The notes beneath the pieces were generated by a model. It saw only the letters and a list, made by a program, of their open reading frames with translations, ran no database searches and was not told the origin of the DNA. DNA of 64,000 bases from Octopus sinensis. Its lineage: Eukaryota. Of this stretch, positions 1 to 15,327 are shown piece by piece. Numbering within the stretch: position 1 is the first letter of the stretch; each line of letters opens with the position of its first letter. Both the position numbers and the translations under genes were made by a program. Location of the stretch: assembly GCF_006345805.1 (NCBI RefSeq), contig NW_021836290.1, positions 124,001 through 188,000 on the forward strand, written 5' to 3'.

Positions 1-1165
1 GGCCCCAACACTGTTCAGCATCATGTTCTCGGCAATGCTGTCCGACGCCTTTAGGGACTGCAAGTCCGGTATCGACATCAAGTACAGGACAGACGGGAAA
101 CTTTTCAACTCCAGAAGATTGCAGGCTGTCACAAAGGTGAGGGGGACAGTCGTCAGAGACTTTCTCTTTGCTGACGACTGCGCCCTTAATGCAATCGATG
201 AGCAGGAGATGCAGCTCGAGATGGACAGGTTCTCATCAGCCTGTGACAACTTCGGTCTCACCATCAGTGCCAAGAAAACCGAAGTGATGTTTCAGCCAGC
301 CCCCGGCAAACAATACCATGAGCCTCAGATAAGGGTGAACGGACGGATCCTACGAGTGGTGGAAAACTTCACCTACCTGGGCAGCACTCTCTCCTGCAAT
401 GCCAACATAGATGCTGAAACCATCAACAGAATCTCCAAGGCAAGCAGCGCGTTTGGGAGACGACTGCGAAAGAAAGTCTGGGAGCGGAGAGGAATCAGCC
501 TCAACACCAAGCTGAAAGTCTACCGGGCAGTCGTGCTTACCACCCTACTATACGGCTGCGAGACGTGGACTGCTTACCGAAGGCACGAGCGCCAGATAAA
601 CCACTTCCATCTCAGGTGTCTTCGGAACCTCCTTCACATCCGCTGGCAGGACAAAGTCCCAGACACGGAAGTTCTGAAGCAGGCAGATCTCCCTAGCACC
701 ATCACAATCATGCGCAAGGCCCAGCTGAGATGGGCGGGCCACGTCTCCCGCATGTCCGACACTCGCATCCCAAAACAGCTCTTCTACGGTGAACTCGGCC
801 AGGGCAGGCGCAAAGTCGGAGGGCAGAAGAAGCGCTACAAGGATAGTCTCAAGGTCTCTCTCAAAGACTTCTCCATCGGAACAGAGACCTGGGAGACACT
901 TGCTGCCAACCGCTCATCCTGGCGCAGCGCAATCACCGTGGGAGCAGGGACAGCCGAGGAGGAACGGATTCGGTCAGCGGAGCAGAAACGTCAGATGCGT
1001 AAAGACAGAGCCGCCTGCACCAGTAGCACGGCCCCTACCCACTTCTGCCCCACCTGTGGGAGGGGCTTCCTTGCCCGGATTGGCCTCACCAGCCACCTCA
1101 GGTCTCATGGCGGCAGTTCCATCAGATGATGTCAGTTGGTCATCTTCGAGCCGAAGGACGAACAT
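1..1165 (+). mobile_element. RTE-clade LINE, 3' part (cut by window start)
   Basis: ORF 23-1129 has the RT motif [40 protein letters not shown] and a C-terminal C2H2 finger [22 protein letters not shown] short 3' UTR runs into a (TA)/(TG) tail. Confidence 0.92.
23..1129 (+). CDS. RTE LINE reverse transcriptase, C-terminal portion, uninterrupted
   Basis: 368-aa open frame with RT domains 5-7, thumb and terminal zinc finger. Confidence 0.88.
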   Translation: MFSAMLSDAFRDCKSGIDIKYRTDGKLFNSRRLQAVTKVRGTVVRDFLFADDCALNAIDEQEMQLEMDRFSSACDNFGLTISAKKTEVMFQPAPGKQYHEPQIRVNGRILRVVENFTYLGSTLSCNANIDAETINRISKASSAFGRRLRKKVWERRGISLNTKLKVYRAVVLTTLLYGCETWTAYRRHERQINHFHLRCLRNLLHIRWQDKVPDTEVLKQADLPSTITIMRKAQLRWAGHVSRMSDTRIPKQLFYGELGQGRRKVGGQKKRYKDSLKVSLKDFSIGTETWETLAANRSSWRSAITVGAGTAEEERIRSAEQKRQMRKDRAACTSSTAPTHFCPTCGRGFLARIGLTSHLRSHGGSSIR

Positions 1166-1168
1166 TAT

Positions 1169-1215
<47 letters not shown>

Positions 1216-1286
1216 GTATATATATGTGTGTATATATAGATATATAAGTATATATATGTGTATATATATATATATATATATGTGTG

Positions 1287-1339
<53 letters not shown>

Positions 1340-1650
1340 GGAGGTGCAATGGCCCAATGGTTTGGGCAGCGGACTCGCGGTTGTAGGATTGCAGTTTCGA
1401 TTCCCAGACCGGGTGTTGTGAGTGTTTATTGAGCGAACGCATCTAAAGCTCCACGAGGCTCCGGCAGGAGGTGGTAGCAATCCCTGCTGTACTCTTTCGC
1501 CGCAACTTTCTCTCACTCTTTCTCCTGTTGGCCTACTCGCTTAGCCAGCGGGGTGGCGTCATTTGAAGGCTAAAACATGGCGAAGCGCATTGCGACCAGC
1601 GATGTGTAGCAACATCTGATAGCCTGGTCGGTCACGGTGATCACGGTGAT
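1340..1650 (+). mobile_element. tRNA-derived SINE (head A + tail 1)
   Basis: A-box TGGCCCAATGG and B-box GTTTCGATTCC. The head is shared with 29175-29556 and the tail with 34447-34563 and 36103-36217. Confidence 0.85.
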
Positions 1651-1671
1651 ATATATATATATATATATATA

Positions 1672-3604
1672 AAAGCAGAACATGCAGGAAACTTTTGATC
1701 AAACAAATTGACCAACATCAGAAAATTATTTTTTAATACAAAACATAATATTGCAAACATTTCTTCAAAAAGTTTAAGCATTATGTCTCTCAATTTCTAT
1801 ACGCGACAGTGCACACGACTATTTGAAAGCCAACGAACCTCTGTGAATAGTAGATGTCTCCTGAAATTTTCTCCCATTTCTTCACAAATATGAGCAAATG
1901 ATTTTGATTTAAGATATTTGTTATAATTGCTCACTTGGACCACTTCTTTTATAACTCTTCGGAAATCATCTCCACCAGTTTGCGCAATTAGTGATTCGCG
2001 ATGCAAAAAAAAAAGCAATGAATAATTATATTTGTATTCTCTTTTTTTTCTCAAGTTGTAAAACCTTTTACTGAACCTACCAGTGAGGGTGCGCCATCTG
2101 TGCGTATTCCTTCACAGTTTAACCATAATAAATTATTTTCCTTCTTGAAAGAATTTAAAGCTTGAAAATTGTCTTCACCACTAGTTCTCAATGGAAGTTG
2201 TAAACAACACAAGAATTGCTCAATAATTCTGTCATTATAAATGAAACGTTTAAAAACTATCAATTGTGCTAACCCACTAACATCTATTGATTTGTCTAAC
2301 TGCAATGCAAACATCATCTTATTATCTTGAAAACTATCCTTCATTTGCAGCTTAATGTCATCATACATATCTTGAATTCGTTTTCCAATTGTGTTATCTG
2401 CTAGAGGAATTTTATTAACTTCTGTCTCAAATTCAGGTCCAAACATTGTTCGAACAATAGCAGAGCAAGATTCCTTTATAGTACTTTCAGCAATACTGTG
2501 TTGTTCCTTGTTTTTGGCAATTATTTGAGCAACCAAGTAACTTGCCTGTTGAACATTTTCTGATGTCTTCATTCTTTTTGTGAACGTTGAAGCCTGCTTT
2601 TTTTTTTTTAGAGATTTTGAAAGTTCAATGAAGTATTCCACTGATTTTGACAAATTTCAGTGGCTAGTGCTGAAATGACGCTTTAATTTGTTTGGTACCA
2701 TTCTTTCGATTGCAATCATATCTCCACTAACTAAGCACAGGGGACCAGGGTTGTTTCCATTTCTAGAGAATGAGAAGCCCAGTTTTATCTAACCTTTATT
2801 GTATAACCGATGCTTGCAATTTTTCCAGTGTTCTTCTCACTCACTGATGCAGGTCGTTCGACAGTTGTTTGAGTGGTTTCCTTCGTAGCTGTTAAAGTTT
2901 GTTAATTGGAAATATCATCTTCTGCAACGTTTCTTAATTAAAAACTTAACCATTTTATGTATAATTCGATTACTATTTATGAATAAAACTAAGTTGATTT
3001 ATTATAGAATTATGATAGCTAAACAGTTAATTAATATCACCAGTACGCTAAAGTTAGAAATGGCACGTTGCACTTAATTAGAACACCCGGTTCCTAAGGC
3101 TAAGCCCACGAAACTGATAAACAAGAGGTGTAACATGAATTAAATGTGATTTCATAATTATTAGTTCACCCTCAGTAATGCGTAATACATGTTTAGGGGA
3201 GCAACAACTTTAAGCAATTTGATAGGAGTCCCAGTTTGTTTCGTTTACTAAAACAAGTGCGGATTTGAAAACTTTTAATCGATTTTCAATTTACTTCGGA
3301 CAAGAGAATAGCGCTTGCAATTTGTTAATTCTTTTACACTGAATAAAATACAATGGAAATAAGCGTTATATTATGAAGATTACTTGTGATTTTTTTTTTC
3401 TTGCGAGGGCAGCTTCCAAACATTGAGAAACGATAGCCGGTAGGTAAATGCATTGATATGTTCACTATGTTAACAAACAGATGCTGAAAAGCTGAAACAA
3501 ATTGGTATTGAGTATTTTATATATTGGTTCCCCATACGTTTGCGACACATCTATTCCCTGCTGGCGACACACTAATGTAGCGCGACACAGTTTGGAAAAC
3601 ACGG
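1672..3604 (-). mobile_element. hAT (Buster/Charlie-type) DNA transposon, degenerate transposase, 3'-truncated
   Basis: ORF pieces IPLADNTIGKRI, FALQLDKSIDVSGLAQL, TDGAPSLVG, HLLFTEVRWLS. The 5' terminus CCGTGTTTTCCAAACTGTGTCGCG ends at 3604 and is followed by TCTTAGAG (nnnTAnnn Buster-type target). Confidence 0.88.
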
Positions 3605-3644
3605 TCTTAGAGTGTTTCTTCTTTCGGGTTTGTTTTTTACAGTC

Positions 3645-4367
<723 letters not shown>

Positions 4368-4488
4368 CAATTATGAATAAAAGCAAAAGAATTTTTTTTT
4401 CTTTTGCCCTTGTGTATAATTTCAACCTTTAAATGTATTTTAATATGCTTGATGAAATTTTTGAAAAAGTTTTGTCCTATATTAGAAG

Positions 4489-4528
<40 letters not shown>

Positions 4529-4836
4529 GTGATTTTAATAGTAAAGTATTTGAGAACTAGTTTTTCCTTGTTCTGCACATATATACTTATTTGTACGCAC
4601 ACATACTCACGCAATCTGAATGCACGCAAGTATGCAATAGGTGCAAAATACTATTTTATTAAAACCGAATATAAACATTTTATATGTGTATGTACGCGCG
4701 CATGTATGTATGTATGTATATACGTATGTATATATGTATGTATATACGTATGTATGTATTAACATTGTTAAATATAAACAAACTTTCAAGAAGTTAGTAA
4801 CTTTAAAAGGAATCTAATTTTTGTATTTGCTTCAAG

Positions 4837-4975
<139 letters not shown>

Positions 4976-4981
4976 AGATAT

Positions 4982-5049
<68 letters not shown>

Positions 5050-5252
5050 TTCAGAATCACTGATGGGTATGACTGATTTCAAGAGCACGAAACTTTTAGG
5101 AATGAGAAAATGACAGGTTACCATCACAGTCATAATACATTCTACATAATTTTAAGACAGGTATTTAGTGAGTATTTTTGCACAAAACCCCAAACTAAAA
5201 ATAATAAGTTGTATGTGTGAGTGGTGCATGATATACATACGTACATGCATAC

Positions 5253-5300
<48 letters not shown>

Positions 5301-5524
5301 AATTAATAAATAAAACATATGCATATATACATACATATATGTACGTACCTACCTCTACATGTATATATACATGCATATATGGGTACAGGACACCAAAAGA
5401 ACGTCGAACACAATGAGAAACGAAAACATAAACACAAAACCCAGGAACTGGACATTTTTCTTAAACAACAAAATAATAGAGTACAGGACAAATAACACAA
5501 GGAAAATTCCCCTTCTTCAGTCGC

Positions 5525-5910
5525 CATAGTTTCATCTACTCTTTTACTTGTTTCAGTCATTTGACTGCGGCCATGCTGGACCACTGCCTTTAGTCGAGCA
5601 AATCGACCCCAGGACTTATTCTTTGTAAGCCTAGTACTATTCTATCGTAACCACTAAGTTACGGGGACATAAACACACCAACATCGGTTGTCAAGCAATG
5701 TTGGGGGGACAAAAACAGACACACAAATATACACATACATACATATACGACGGGCTCCTTTCAGTTTCCATCTACCAGATCCATTCACAAGGTTTTGGTC
5801 GGGCGGAGGCTATAGAAGAAGACTCTTGCCCAAGGTGTCGTGCAGTGAAACTGAACCCGGAACCATGTGGCCGGTAAACAAGCTACTTACCACACAACCA
5901 CTCCTGCACC
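5525..5910 (-). mobile_element. tRNA-derived CORE-like SINE
   Basis: Minus-strand head GGTGCAGGAGTGGTTGTGTGG...GGTTCAG with CORE-like CCTTGGGCAAG. Homologous copies at 21110, 42715, 43478, 50132 and 51470. Confidence 0.8.
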
Positions 5911-6320
5911 TGTATGTATAGGTTTGCTGATGCAAACAGGGAAAACAGAACTCGAAATGCGAGTATTTGTATATTTTCATTAATATTTAGTAGAAGTAAC
6001 AGTGACTCTCGGACCTTGACTCACTCTGTTACATCTGCTAAATATTGTGTGTGTGGATTTATCTATGTATAATATATTATTTGACGGTAACAGTCGAATA
6101 CCACAACATCAACATTACAGTGACTTACCTGTCTGGATGACAAGAATTCCAAGTGCCGTGAAAATTAAATAAGTTTTGCAGTTGTTCATTGTTGCTTGGG
6201 GTGGCTGTTATAGTTGTATCTTTAAGAATATAACTGTATATATGTGCATATATGTGCGTGTGTGTATGTGTGTGACTGAGTGTGACTGAATGTTTGACTC
6301 TGACTGAGTGTGTCTGTGCT

Positions 6321-6355
<35 letters not shown>

Positions 6356-8769
6356 TGCGTGTTTATGCGTGTGTGAATGTACGTACGTATGTATGTGTGT
6401 GTCCACTAGTTTGTAATTCAGTCAGTGTATAAATTTGGAAGATTACGGTGAATAAAAGCTTTGTGCTAGTTGACAAACGCAAGACTACAGTGAGTAGATG
6501 GTGGGGTGGAGAAATATGGAGGAGGAGGGAGAGCTTTTAACCTGAGAAGGAATGAGTGATTATAGGAGTGGGAGAATTGACGAATGAGAAGACGAAGCCA
6601 CGAAGAGGGGGTAGAGTGAACTGGCGGGAAGCGTTGGAATGAAAGAATATAGGAATTACAGAATGAACAAGGTGATGGGGATGTTTCGGTTGCTCTATTT
6701 TGTTAATTTTTGTTAATTACTTTTGCAATGATGGGAAGAGTGAGGCTGGTGGTGGTGATTGTATCCAAGTGTCCCTCTATGCATTATATAGCGTTCTATG
6801 TTGTTGTTGTTGTCGTCGTCGCCGCCGCCGCTGTACAGAGAATCTTTGATCAAAGTTATTCCAGCCAGCGCCGTCCAGTCTCATTTTCAGCATTAGTGTA
6901 ATCCAGACTTTCTTTATCTGCTCTATACTTTCTTAAGACTGCAATGTAGTTTTAAGGAGATTTAGCAGGTAGTTATCCTTAATCCTGCAGGTATGTAACC
7001 AACACCTTACCAGGCATGTTCGTTTCATTTTTCTCCGGTCATACCATATATTGGACTTTAGCACCTAATCTTTGCTAGAGTAGTGAATATAAATGGGCAG
7101 AGATGTAAAGTCCCAAGTTAGTCATAATCATGCAGATCTGTGATCATAGCAGTTTCAACTATGATCATTTCTACTTACTTTCACTTCCATAATGTATCGA
7201 TGGCGACACTAATGGCTCTTTTTTTTTTTTGGCTCGTGTACAATATTATTGTTGTTGCCCTTCTTATTGTTGTTAATATTGTTATCACTGTTCTGGCTTT
7301 GAACCAAAGTTTAAAATAAGTGATGGTAACTGTTGTTGCTGATGATGATGATGATGATGTTGTGTAGTTGCTGTTGTTTAAACTCCAAATTAATTCTGCT
7401 CCAGCAGATCTATGAGCAAAATTTTTCAACCGCAACCATTAACCCTACACACCACCACCAGCATATGCTTAAGAGTTTCTTGTGCTTCTGCGTACATGAC
7501 TATGTATGAGTGTAAGTATGCATGAATATGTGTGAATGTGTGTGTGTTTATGTGTTTGGATGGAATGAAGCAGTATCGTATCACAGACGTTGTTGAGTAG
7601 TCCAGGTCAATGCCCACCCAATGAACTTATAAATAAAAGCATTCCACTTGTGATCACCAAGTCCTTTATTCACACATAATCATCAACGTTTATACTACGT
7701 GTCCTTTTTAAAGATCGTAGGTTTTAACTGGTGGGGTTTACTTTTTCTAGTAACACCAAACTCCTCCTAAAAGTTCCCTTGTCTTGTATTGTAATCTATG
7801 CAACATGTTTTCTATATGTTGTATATTTTCTAGTCTTGTATAACTCCTATTATCTCGTGGAGAATAATGTGAAGCGGATTATTTATGTTTTGATGTATTG
7901 TGTGTGCGTATGTACTTGGATATTTAGGTCTATGTAGAGGATGAGTACCTATAGCATATATATGAATTTACAAATTTATGGATATATTGATATATGTATG
8001 TAAAATAACACAGGTATTAGTTAGTTATTATAAAGAATCTATCGGCTGAAAGATCAGGTCCTACTTGAAAAGAAAAGCAGTATCTGCAAGGTATTTCTTT
8101 GAGGCTCTATGCCTATCTATAGACCTACAGAATTGGCCTACAATATCTATAAATCTACAGTATTGATCTTAATCACTAATAAGATTTTTTAAATACCATT
8201 ATGTTTGTAATGAATCATATTTGAACTATCCTTGCCTACACTAGTTCTAACGTTTACATCGGTCAAAATTGTCACAATGTTATTTAAAATACAGCAACTC
8301 AATAAAATTCATTCTGGTCTAGTAGATAATCAAAACATTTCCGAATGATTAAAAATATGTTTAAGGATTACAGAGGTCATACATTAATCAGTGAGAAGAG
8401 AGTTTATAGAAATATAACAAATTATAAAGAATTATGATTTTATGATTATGAGGCCGATGCAGTTATAAAGCTATCCCAATGTCATAAATTAAATTTCAAG
8501 TTATAAATAATATAAAATGAATATTACAGCCATCGGTATTTCTTGTTAGAGACCTAAATAAACCTAAATAATATTTGTTTAAACCTAAACAGGATGGAAA
8601 TCACCATTTTGTTTTTTAATTACCAGGCTTTCGCAGAGAGTGACGTTGTTTCCGCTTTGCCTCTACTTCAAAAGGTGAGAAAATAATTATATAATCTTAG
8701 ATTGAAAGAAGTACCCACATAGTTAAATGCATGTAGTTTAGTCTTTGCGTTACATTTATACTCGATATT

Positions 8770-9830
8770 TTTGTCAAGGGGGCGGTTCGCTACTCTTCTC
8801 TATTTGGAACTTGTAATTAGTTCTCAGAGCTTGTTCCCGGGCGCTGCATATCAGTTTTTTTCTTAGCCATTTCCAAGTATTGTTTTTGTCTTTTCCTTCG
8901 ATATCTCTGAGGTATTGCCCATATGGTGATTTCATTTTCCAATTATTTATTCTTTCTTCATCCTGTTTCTTAAATATTTGGGAATGCATCACATTTTCGG
9001 TAGGTATTAATTCTGTCAGCGGCAAGCAAGGGTTCACTCTGCTGTTTGATGTACCATCCCAGACTGTTCTTCTCGTTGACAACACAAATCTTGCATCCTA
9101 TGAGGCCTCTTACTCCCTTGTTCTTAGGCTCATACAGCCTGTCAATATCATATTTTGGGTGTAGTTCTTTGTTGTCATCACTTTTCTGATTTTCCTATCC
9201 ATTTCCTCAAACTCGTTCTTTGTCCATCTAACAACACCTGCGCCATATCGCATTAGGGAAACAACCCATGTGTTCATTGTCTTAACATTTTCCACTGAGT
9301 TTATTTCCCAGAATCAATTTGATACCCAAAATCTCATATATTTGGTTTTGTTCTAGAGAATGTTTAAGGAAACGTAAGAAAATTATAAGTTTGTTTTAAA
9401 ATTTGAGATTACATAGACAGTATTTTACGTAGGATATGAGCAGTTCTCATGAGCACTATCTTTTGAATTTCTGCCATTTTGGGGTTTCCTGGTGTCTGAG
9501 CTAGTTAGGAATCAGCCCCTTTTAACATTTCTAGGGTACCTGTGACAACAGGTATTGTTTTAGTTGTGAGGTTTCACATTTTGCCAATTTCTATTTCAAG
9601 ATCTTTATACTTGCTCAATTTTTGATAGGTCTTGACAGATACATTTTTGTCGATTGGGACAGTCATACCAATGAGGAGGCATGATTTTTGTCTGAAGTCT
9701 TTCAATGTAGTGTCTGACCTTTTCACATCTGTCTTTCTGTCAGTTTGAATGGTGAAGTTCCAGAGGAGTGAGATTTGATCATTTTCAAGCACTGCAGGTG
9801 ATTTGTGCTCCCACCAGTTTTTATCTTGGA
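8770..9830 (-). pseudogene. Two degenerate Dong/R4-type (RLE) LINE fragments
   Basis: WVVSLMRYGAGVVRW, AREQALRTNY, LLWNFTIQTDRK...KLSKYKDLEIEI. Confidence 0.75.
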
Positions 9831-9854
9831 TATGTGCTGTGGTTTGTTGAGATG

Positions 9855-11500
9855 CTCTTATTTTTACTGTATTAAAAGTGTTTTACATAGGATGTGTGCG
9901 TTGCTTATAGTGCTATTTTTTGTATGTTATTTATACTTGTAAGTCCTGGTGTTTTTATTATGCATTTGTCTGGATATATGTTTATCATGCCTAATGCCCC
10001 TACTATTATAGGAATTTTTCTGCTTTTAGACTCCACATTCGAGTTACCTCTATTTCAAGGTTTTTGTATTTTGAAAGTTTCTCCATTTCTTTTATAGGAA
10101 CACTGTCATCTCTTGGTATTAATACATCAAGTGCAAAACATTTACTTTCTTGATGATCTTTGACAAGTATATCCGGCCTATTGCCCTTACTTTCTCTATC
10201 TGTGTGTATTGGCATATCCCATAATATGATTGCTTTCTCATATTCTGTGACCTTTTCTGGCATGTGCCTATACCATCTTTTTCCTGTGGTCATTTCATAG
10301 TGTTAACATAGCTTCCAGTGTACATAGGTCCCAACTCTGTCGTGTCTATGAATATATTCTTTCTTAGCCAGGACTGGGCAACCAGAGACAATATGATTTA
10401 TTGTTTCTTCTCCATCTCCACATATACTGCAGTTACTTGTATTGTATTACATTTCGTTATATGTTTTTGGTCATTTCTGGTGGAGAGGCTTTGGTATTGT
10501 GCTGAAATTAAAAATCCTTCAGTTTCTGCTTTGAGCCTTGAGCTTCTCAGCCATTGTTGGGATTTTGCTTTGTCTATTTCTTTTCTGTTTAATTTAACCC
10601 AGTATTTGCCATGAAGGGACTTTTCTTGCTATCGTTTTATCATGATCAGTTGCTACTCCAGTTTTAGTTTGGATTTCATTTGTATAACAGCTTTTGTTTC
10701 TTCTTTGTCTCTATAGTTGTCAGGTTCTATGATTTCTTTTTTGTATTTACTAGCTACCTTAAAAACTGAAAGCAGTTTTTGTTCGTGTTTTGTGATATTT
10801 GTATTAGTTTTCCTTGCATCTGAAGTAGATATTTCTGTAGTCCTATGGTGGCTATTTTGTAATAGTTTTCTAGTTGCATAAGGCCTCTACCGCCTTCTAC
10901 ACGTTGTATATATAATCTTTCTATGTCAGATTTAGGGTGCTGCATCCTAAATCATGTCATTATTTTTCTTGTTTTCCTGTCTATTTTGATTAGTTCATTT
11001 AGAGTCCAGTCAAGAATATTGTAGCTGTAACTTATAACTGCGATGGCGAGAGTGTTGATTCTTATTGTCTTGTTTTCGCATTGAGCTCTGTTTTTCAATA
11101 TTAATTTAACTCGTCTATAGTATTCTTTTATCTTCTTTCATTTGTGTGTGTTGTATCGTATCTAGTTAATCGATTCGTAAGTATTTATATGTTTGGCGTT
11201 AGTCTAATTCTTTTATTTCATTTGCTTTATTTAGTGTGATGTTGCTACTCTTAACTAGTTTTCCTTTTTTCAAGGTTGCTTTGGCACATTTTTCTAAGCC
11301 AAGTTTCATGTTAATTTCTTTGGTAAATCCATATACTATCTGTTGTGACGATTCCAGCTACTTATCATTTGTAGCGTACAGTTTATATTATCGATATATA
11401 AGAGGTGGCTGATTGTTTTGCCGTAGCAGTTGTATCCACATCCAGTTCAATTTAGTATGTCAGATAAAGGTATCAATGCTAAGCAGAAAAGGAGTGGAGA
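9855..11500 (-). pseudogene. Dong/R4-type LINE, 3' fragment, degenerate
   Basis: HPKSDIERLYIQRVEGGRGL, ILWDMPIHTDRESKGNRPDI, KEMEKLSKYKNL. Confidence 0.85.
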
Positions 11501-11505
11501 GAGTA

Positions 11506-13568
11506 TATTATTGTTATTGTTCAGTAGTCTTATTTTTATCACGTGCATTCACTGCACTACCGAGCGCAGCTCTCTGTGCCTTGGGTATGTGCTGTAGTTT
11601 GTTGTGATGCTTTTATAGTTACAGTATTGAAAGTGTTTTACGTAGGATGTGTGCGGTGCCTAGTAGTGCTATTTTCTGTATGTTATATATATTTGTAAAT
11701 TCTGGTGTTTTGTTATATATTTGTCTGAACATTTTTTATCATACCTAATGCGCCCACTATGATTGGAATTGTTCCTGTTTTTAGACTCCACATTTGAGTT
11801 ACCTCTATTTCCAGGTCTTTGTATTTTGAAAGTTACTCCATTTGTTTGTTTTTTTTTGTTTGTTTTTTTAGAGAAACGTCATCTGTTGGTATTGATGAAG
11901 CAAGTAGAAAGCATTTTTTTCTTGATCTCTGACAACTATATCTGGCCTATTGGCCTTACTTTCTCTATCTGTGTGTATTGGCATATCCCATAGTATTGTT
12001 GCTTTCTCATTTTCTGTGACCTTTTCTGGCGTATGCCTATACCATCTTTTTTCTGTTGTTATTCCATAATGTTGGCATAGCTTCCAATGTATGTAGGTTC
12101 CAACTTTGTCATGTCTGTGAATATATTCCTTCTTAGCCAGGACTGGGCAGCTAGAGATAATATGATTTATTGTTTCTTGTCCATCTCCACATATTCTGCA
12201 GTTACTTGTAATATTTCTTTTCATTACATGTTTTTGGTAATTTCTGGTGGGGAGGCTTTGGTCTTGTGCTGCAATTAAAAATCTCTCTGTTTCTGCTTTG
12301 AGTCCTGAGCTTCTCAACCATTGCTGGGATTTTTCTTTGTCTATTTCTTTTGCGTTTAGTTTAGTGCAGTATTTACCATGAAGGGGCTTTTCTTGCCATC
12401 GTTTTATCATGGTTCGTTGCTGTTCTATTTTTAGTTTGGATTTCATTTGTTTTATAGCTTTTGTTGTTTCTTCATCTTCTTCTTCTTCTTCTTCATGTTT
12501 ATTAGGTGGTATGATTTCTTGTTTGTATTTGTCAGCTTCCTTAAATACTGAGAACAGTTTTTTGTTTTGCTCGTGTTTTGCTGCTATCTGGATCAGTTTT
12601 CCTTCCTTCTGAAGTAGATATTTTTTTTGCAGTCCTATGGTGGTTATTTTATAGTAGTTTTCCAGCTGTATAAGGCCTCTACCACCTTCTATACGTGAGC
12701 CATTCAGGCATTGTCTCTGGCTCTGCTAGTATGCTGTTAAAGTTTTCAGCCAGCTTTTTGTGCATTTCTGTTAGATATTTCAACCAGAAGTTGGGGATCT
12801 TGTCATGCCCAGGTGCCTTCCAGTTGCTTAGTTTTTGCAGTGCCTGGGTGACCTCTTCAGTTGTTATGGGGGTCCAAAGTAGTTCAGATGCCGAGTTTGT
12901 TATTTTGATACTCCTTTTTTTTGGCTGTTCGTTCGCCGACCATATTTCTCTCCAGAATTCTTCCAATTCTTCTGCCGTTGGTGCTGCAGTGACTTCTATT
13001 TTATTTTTGCCCAGTTCTTGGTAGAACTTTTTGGGGTTGGAGTTGAACTTTTTGTTCTGTTCAAAGAAGCGTTTGGATTTCATTTGTTTTATAGCTTTTG
13101 TTGTTTCTTCATCTTCTTCTTCTTCTTCTTCTTCTTCTTCTTCTTCTTCTTCTTCTTCATATTTATTAGGTGGTATGATTTCTTGTTTGTATTTGTCAGC
13201 TTCCTTAAATACTGAGAACAGTTTTTTGTTTTGCTCGTGTTTTGCCGCTATTTGTATCAGTTTTCCTTCCTTCTGAAGTAGATATTTTTGCAGTCCTATG
13301 GTGGTTATTTTATAGTAGTTTTCCAGTTGTATAAGGCCTCTACCACCTTCTACACGTTGTATATATAGTCTTTCTATGTCAGATTTTGGGTGATGCATCC
13401 TAGATCCTGTCATTATTTTTCTTGTTTTCCTATCTATTTTGGTCAGTTCATTTAGTGTTCAGTTAAGGATATTGTAGCTGTAACTTATAACTGGGACAGC
13501 TAAAGTGTTAATACCTATTATCTTGTTTTTAGCATTGAGCTCTGTTTTTAGTATTGATCTAACTCGTC
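11506..13568 (-). mobile_element. Dong/R4-type LINE, 5'-truncated and internally rearranged, abutting (TAA)n
   Basis: CCHC finger CRICGDGQETINHIISSC and RLE motif RPDI..D; the 5' end abuts (ATT)n at 13570-13645. Confidence 0.88.
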
Positions 13569-13572
13569 TATA

Positions 13573-13645
<73 letters not shown>

Positions 13646-13647
13646 TA

Positions 13648-14130
13648 GTAAGAGAGCAGTGCAGGCCATAAATGTGATACTGTGGTAAAGTATACGAATC
13701 CCAGTATACCCATCATGACTACCTGTCTGGTAAGCGTACACCAGGCACACGCATCACACCCACATGTGCGCGACATCGTCATCTTATATCAAGATAAAAG
13801 CGCATGACCTTACAGGTGGGGCCCAATTAAAATTTTCTTCAGATCGAGTAGCCCCTCCTGCTCAAAAGGTCCCTAAATAAGGGTTGTTTAAGGATGTTGA
13901 ACGTAGCACCCATGTTTCCAAAGGTGAATTATCCAAACCTCAAAGAATTCCTTTCAATACATGGCTATGATGCTGCCCCACTACTTCTGCTCGTGATCAG
14001 AGATTCACATATCGTCAGGGACCAAGGGACATGCTCAACTGGTTATGGTCAAACAACTGCCAAGCAAACCTGCGGTATTGAGCAGACTATTTGCTGTGGC
14101 CCATCTTTTATACCAAGACAAATCTTTATT
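13648..14130. repeat. Unclassified ~480-bp interspersed repeat bounded by TTA repeats
   Basis: Non-coding block, more GC-rich than its flanks, between (ATT)n tracts inside the Dong cluster. Confidence 0.4.
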
Positions 14131-14139
14131 ATTATTACT

Positions 14140-15235
14140 CATATACACTCAACAGATTAAACAGTTGGAAAAGAATCCTAACATGGCAAGAACCCTCCTA
14201 TAGGGTTACAGCAAGTAACTTTAGATAACAAAAACTCTCTTAAGTATGCTAGCTGTCCCTAATAACAGTTTTCTGGAACAGTACTGAGCTGGGTGTTATG
14301 TCTATTTCCTCTATACATCTGTTCAGTTCTTTACGGATAGTTCCAATCCACCTATAACTACTGGGATACATTTTACCCGAACTTTCTATAGTCCTGGTAC
14401 TTTTGCTATTTTTTCTATGCTTCTCATATTAATTTTTTCAACATTTGGATCTCTAAAGTTAATTATGTGGTACTTTCTATTCTCTTTATCTACTACTACC
14501 AAATCAAATTTCTAGCTTCTATTACTCTGTCAGTCTGAATGTTGAAACTCCCACAACAGCTTGTACTTCTTACTTTATAGTACTTTACTAGGTTCATGCT
14601 CATACAATTTATCAGTATGTTCAAATCCTAGCTTTCTACATAACTCCCAGTGGATTGCCCTCCCTAGATTGTCATGTCTTTTCTTGTATTCTTTCTGTGC
14701 CAGCAAGCTACATTCACTTACTATTTGAATAACGCTTTCCTCTTTCGATTAGTAAAATCTACATTGGGAATCTACTTGGTTTTTGGATATCTTAGTTTTT
14801 ATACAATTAGTCCTTAATGCTTGATCCTTCTTAATTTTCGTTTTCATTTATGTAGTTAGTACCTGTCATATTCTAATACTCCTAGATACTTATAACTCTC
14901 TCCTAATTTCAATGATTTAATGTCTGGCCATCCGGTAATTGGATGCATTCACTGTTGACTACCTGTCCCATTCTCATGACTAATATTGCACACTTATCTA
15001 TACCAAATTCCATGTCTGTATCTTTGCTGAAGAGTCTTACAGTCTGTATTAAGGAATCTATCGCTTTTTCAATCTTACTAAAAATTTTCAGATTATCTAC
15101 GTAGAGCAAATGGTTAATTTTTCCATTCCCTGCCTTTGCCTTCCTTAAAACTAAACTGAAGGGAATCAAACAGAACAAATATTAAAGGGGACAATGAGCT
15201 CCCTTGGAAAATTCCTTTTTTGATATTAACTTTCC
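14140..15235 (-). pseudogene. Dong/R4-type LINE fragment (second family; homologous to 32775-33830)
   Basis: LFCLIPFSLVL, INHLLYVDNLKIF, MEFGIDKCA and an RLE region. Confidence 0.75.
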
Positions 15236-15239
15236 CTGC

Positions 15240-15271
<32 letters not shown>

Positions 15272-15327
15272 GTCATCGTCATCGTCATCGTCGCTGTCGT
15301 CGTTGTTGTTGTTGTTATTATTATTAT

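Noticed and set aside
1340-1420. tRNA-like sequences (also ~29480-29556, ~50610-50680, ~61870-61950)
   Set aside because: SINE heads continuing into repeat bodies; no complete cloverleaf
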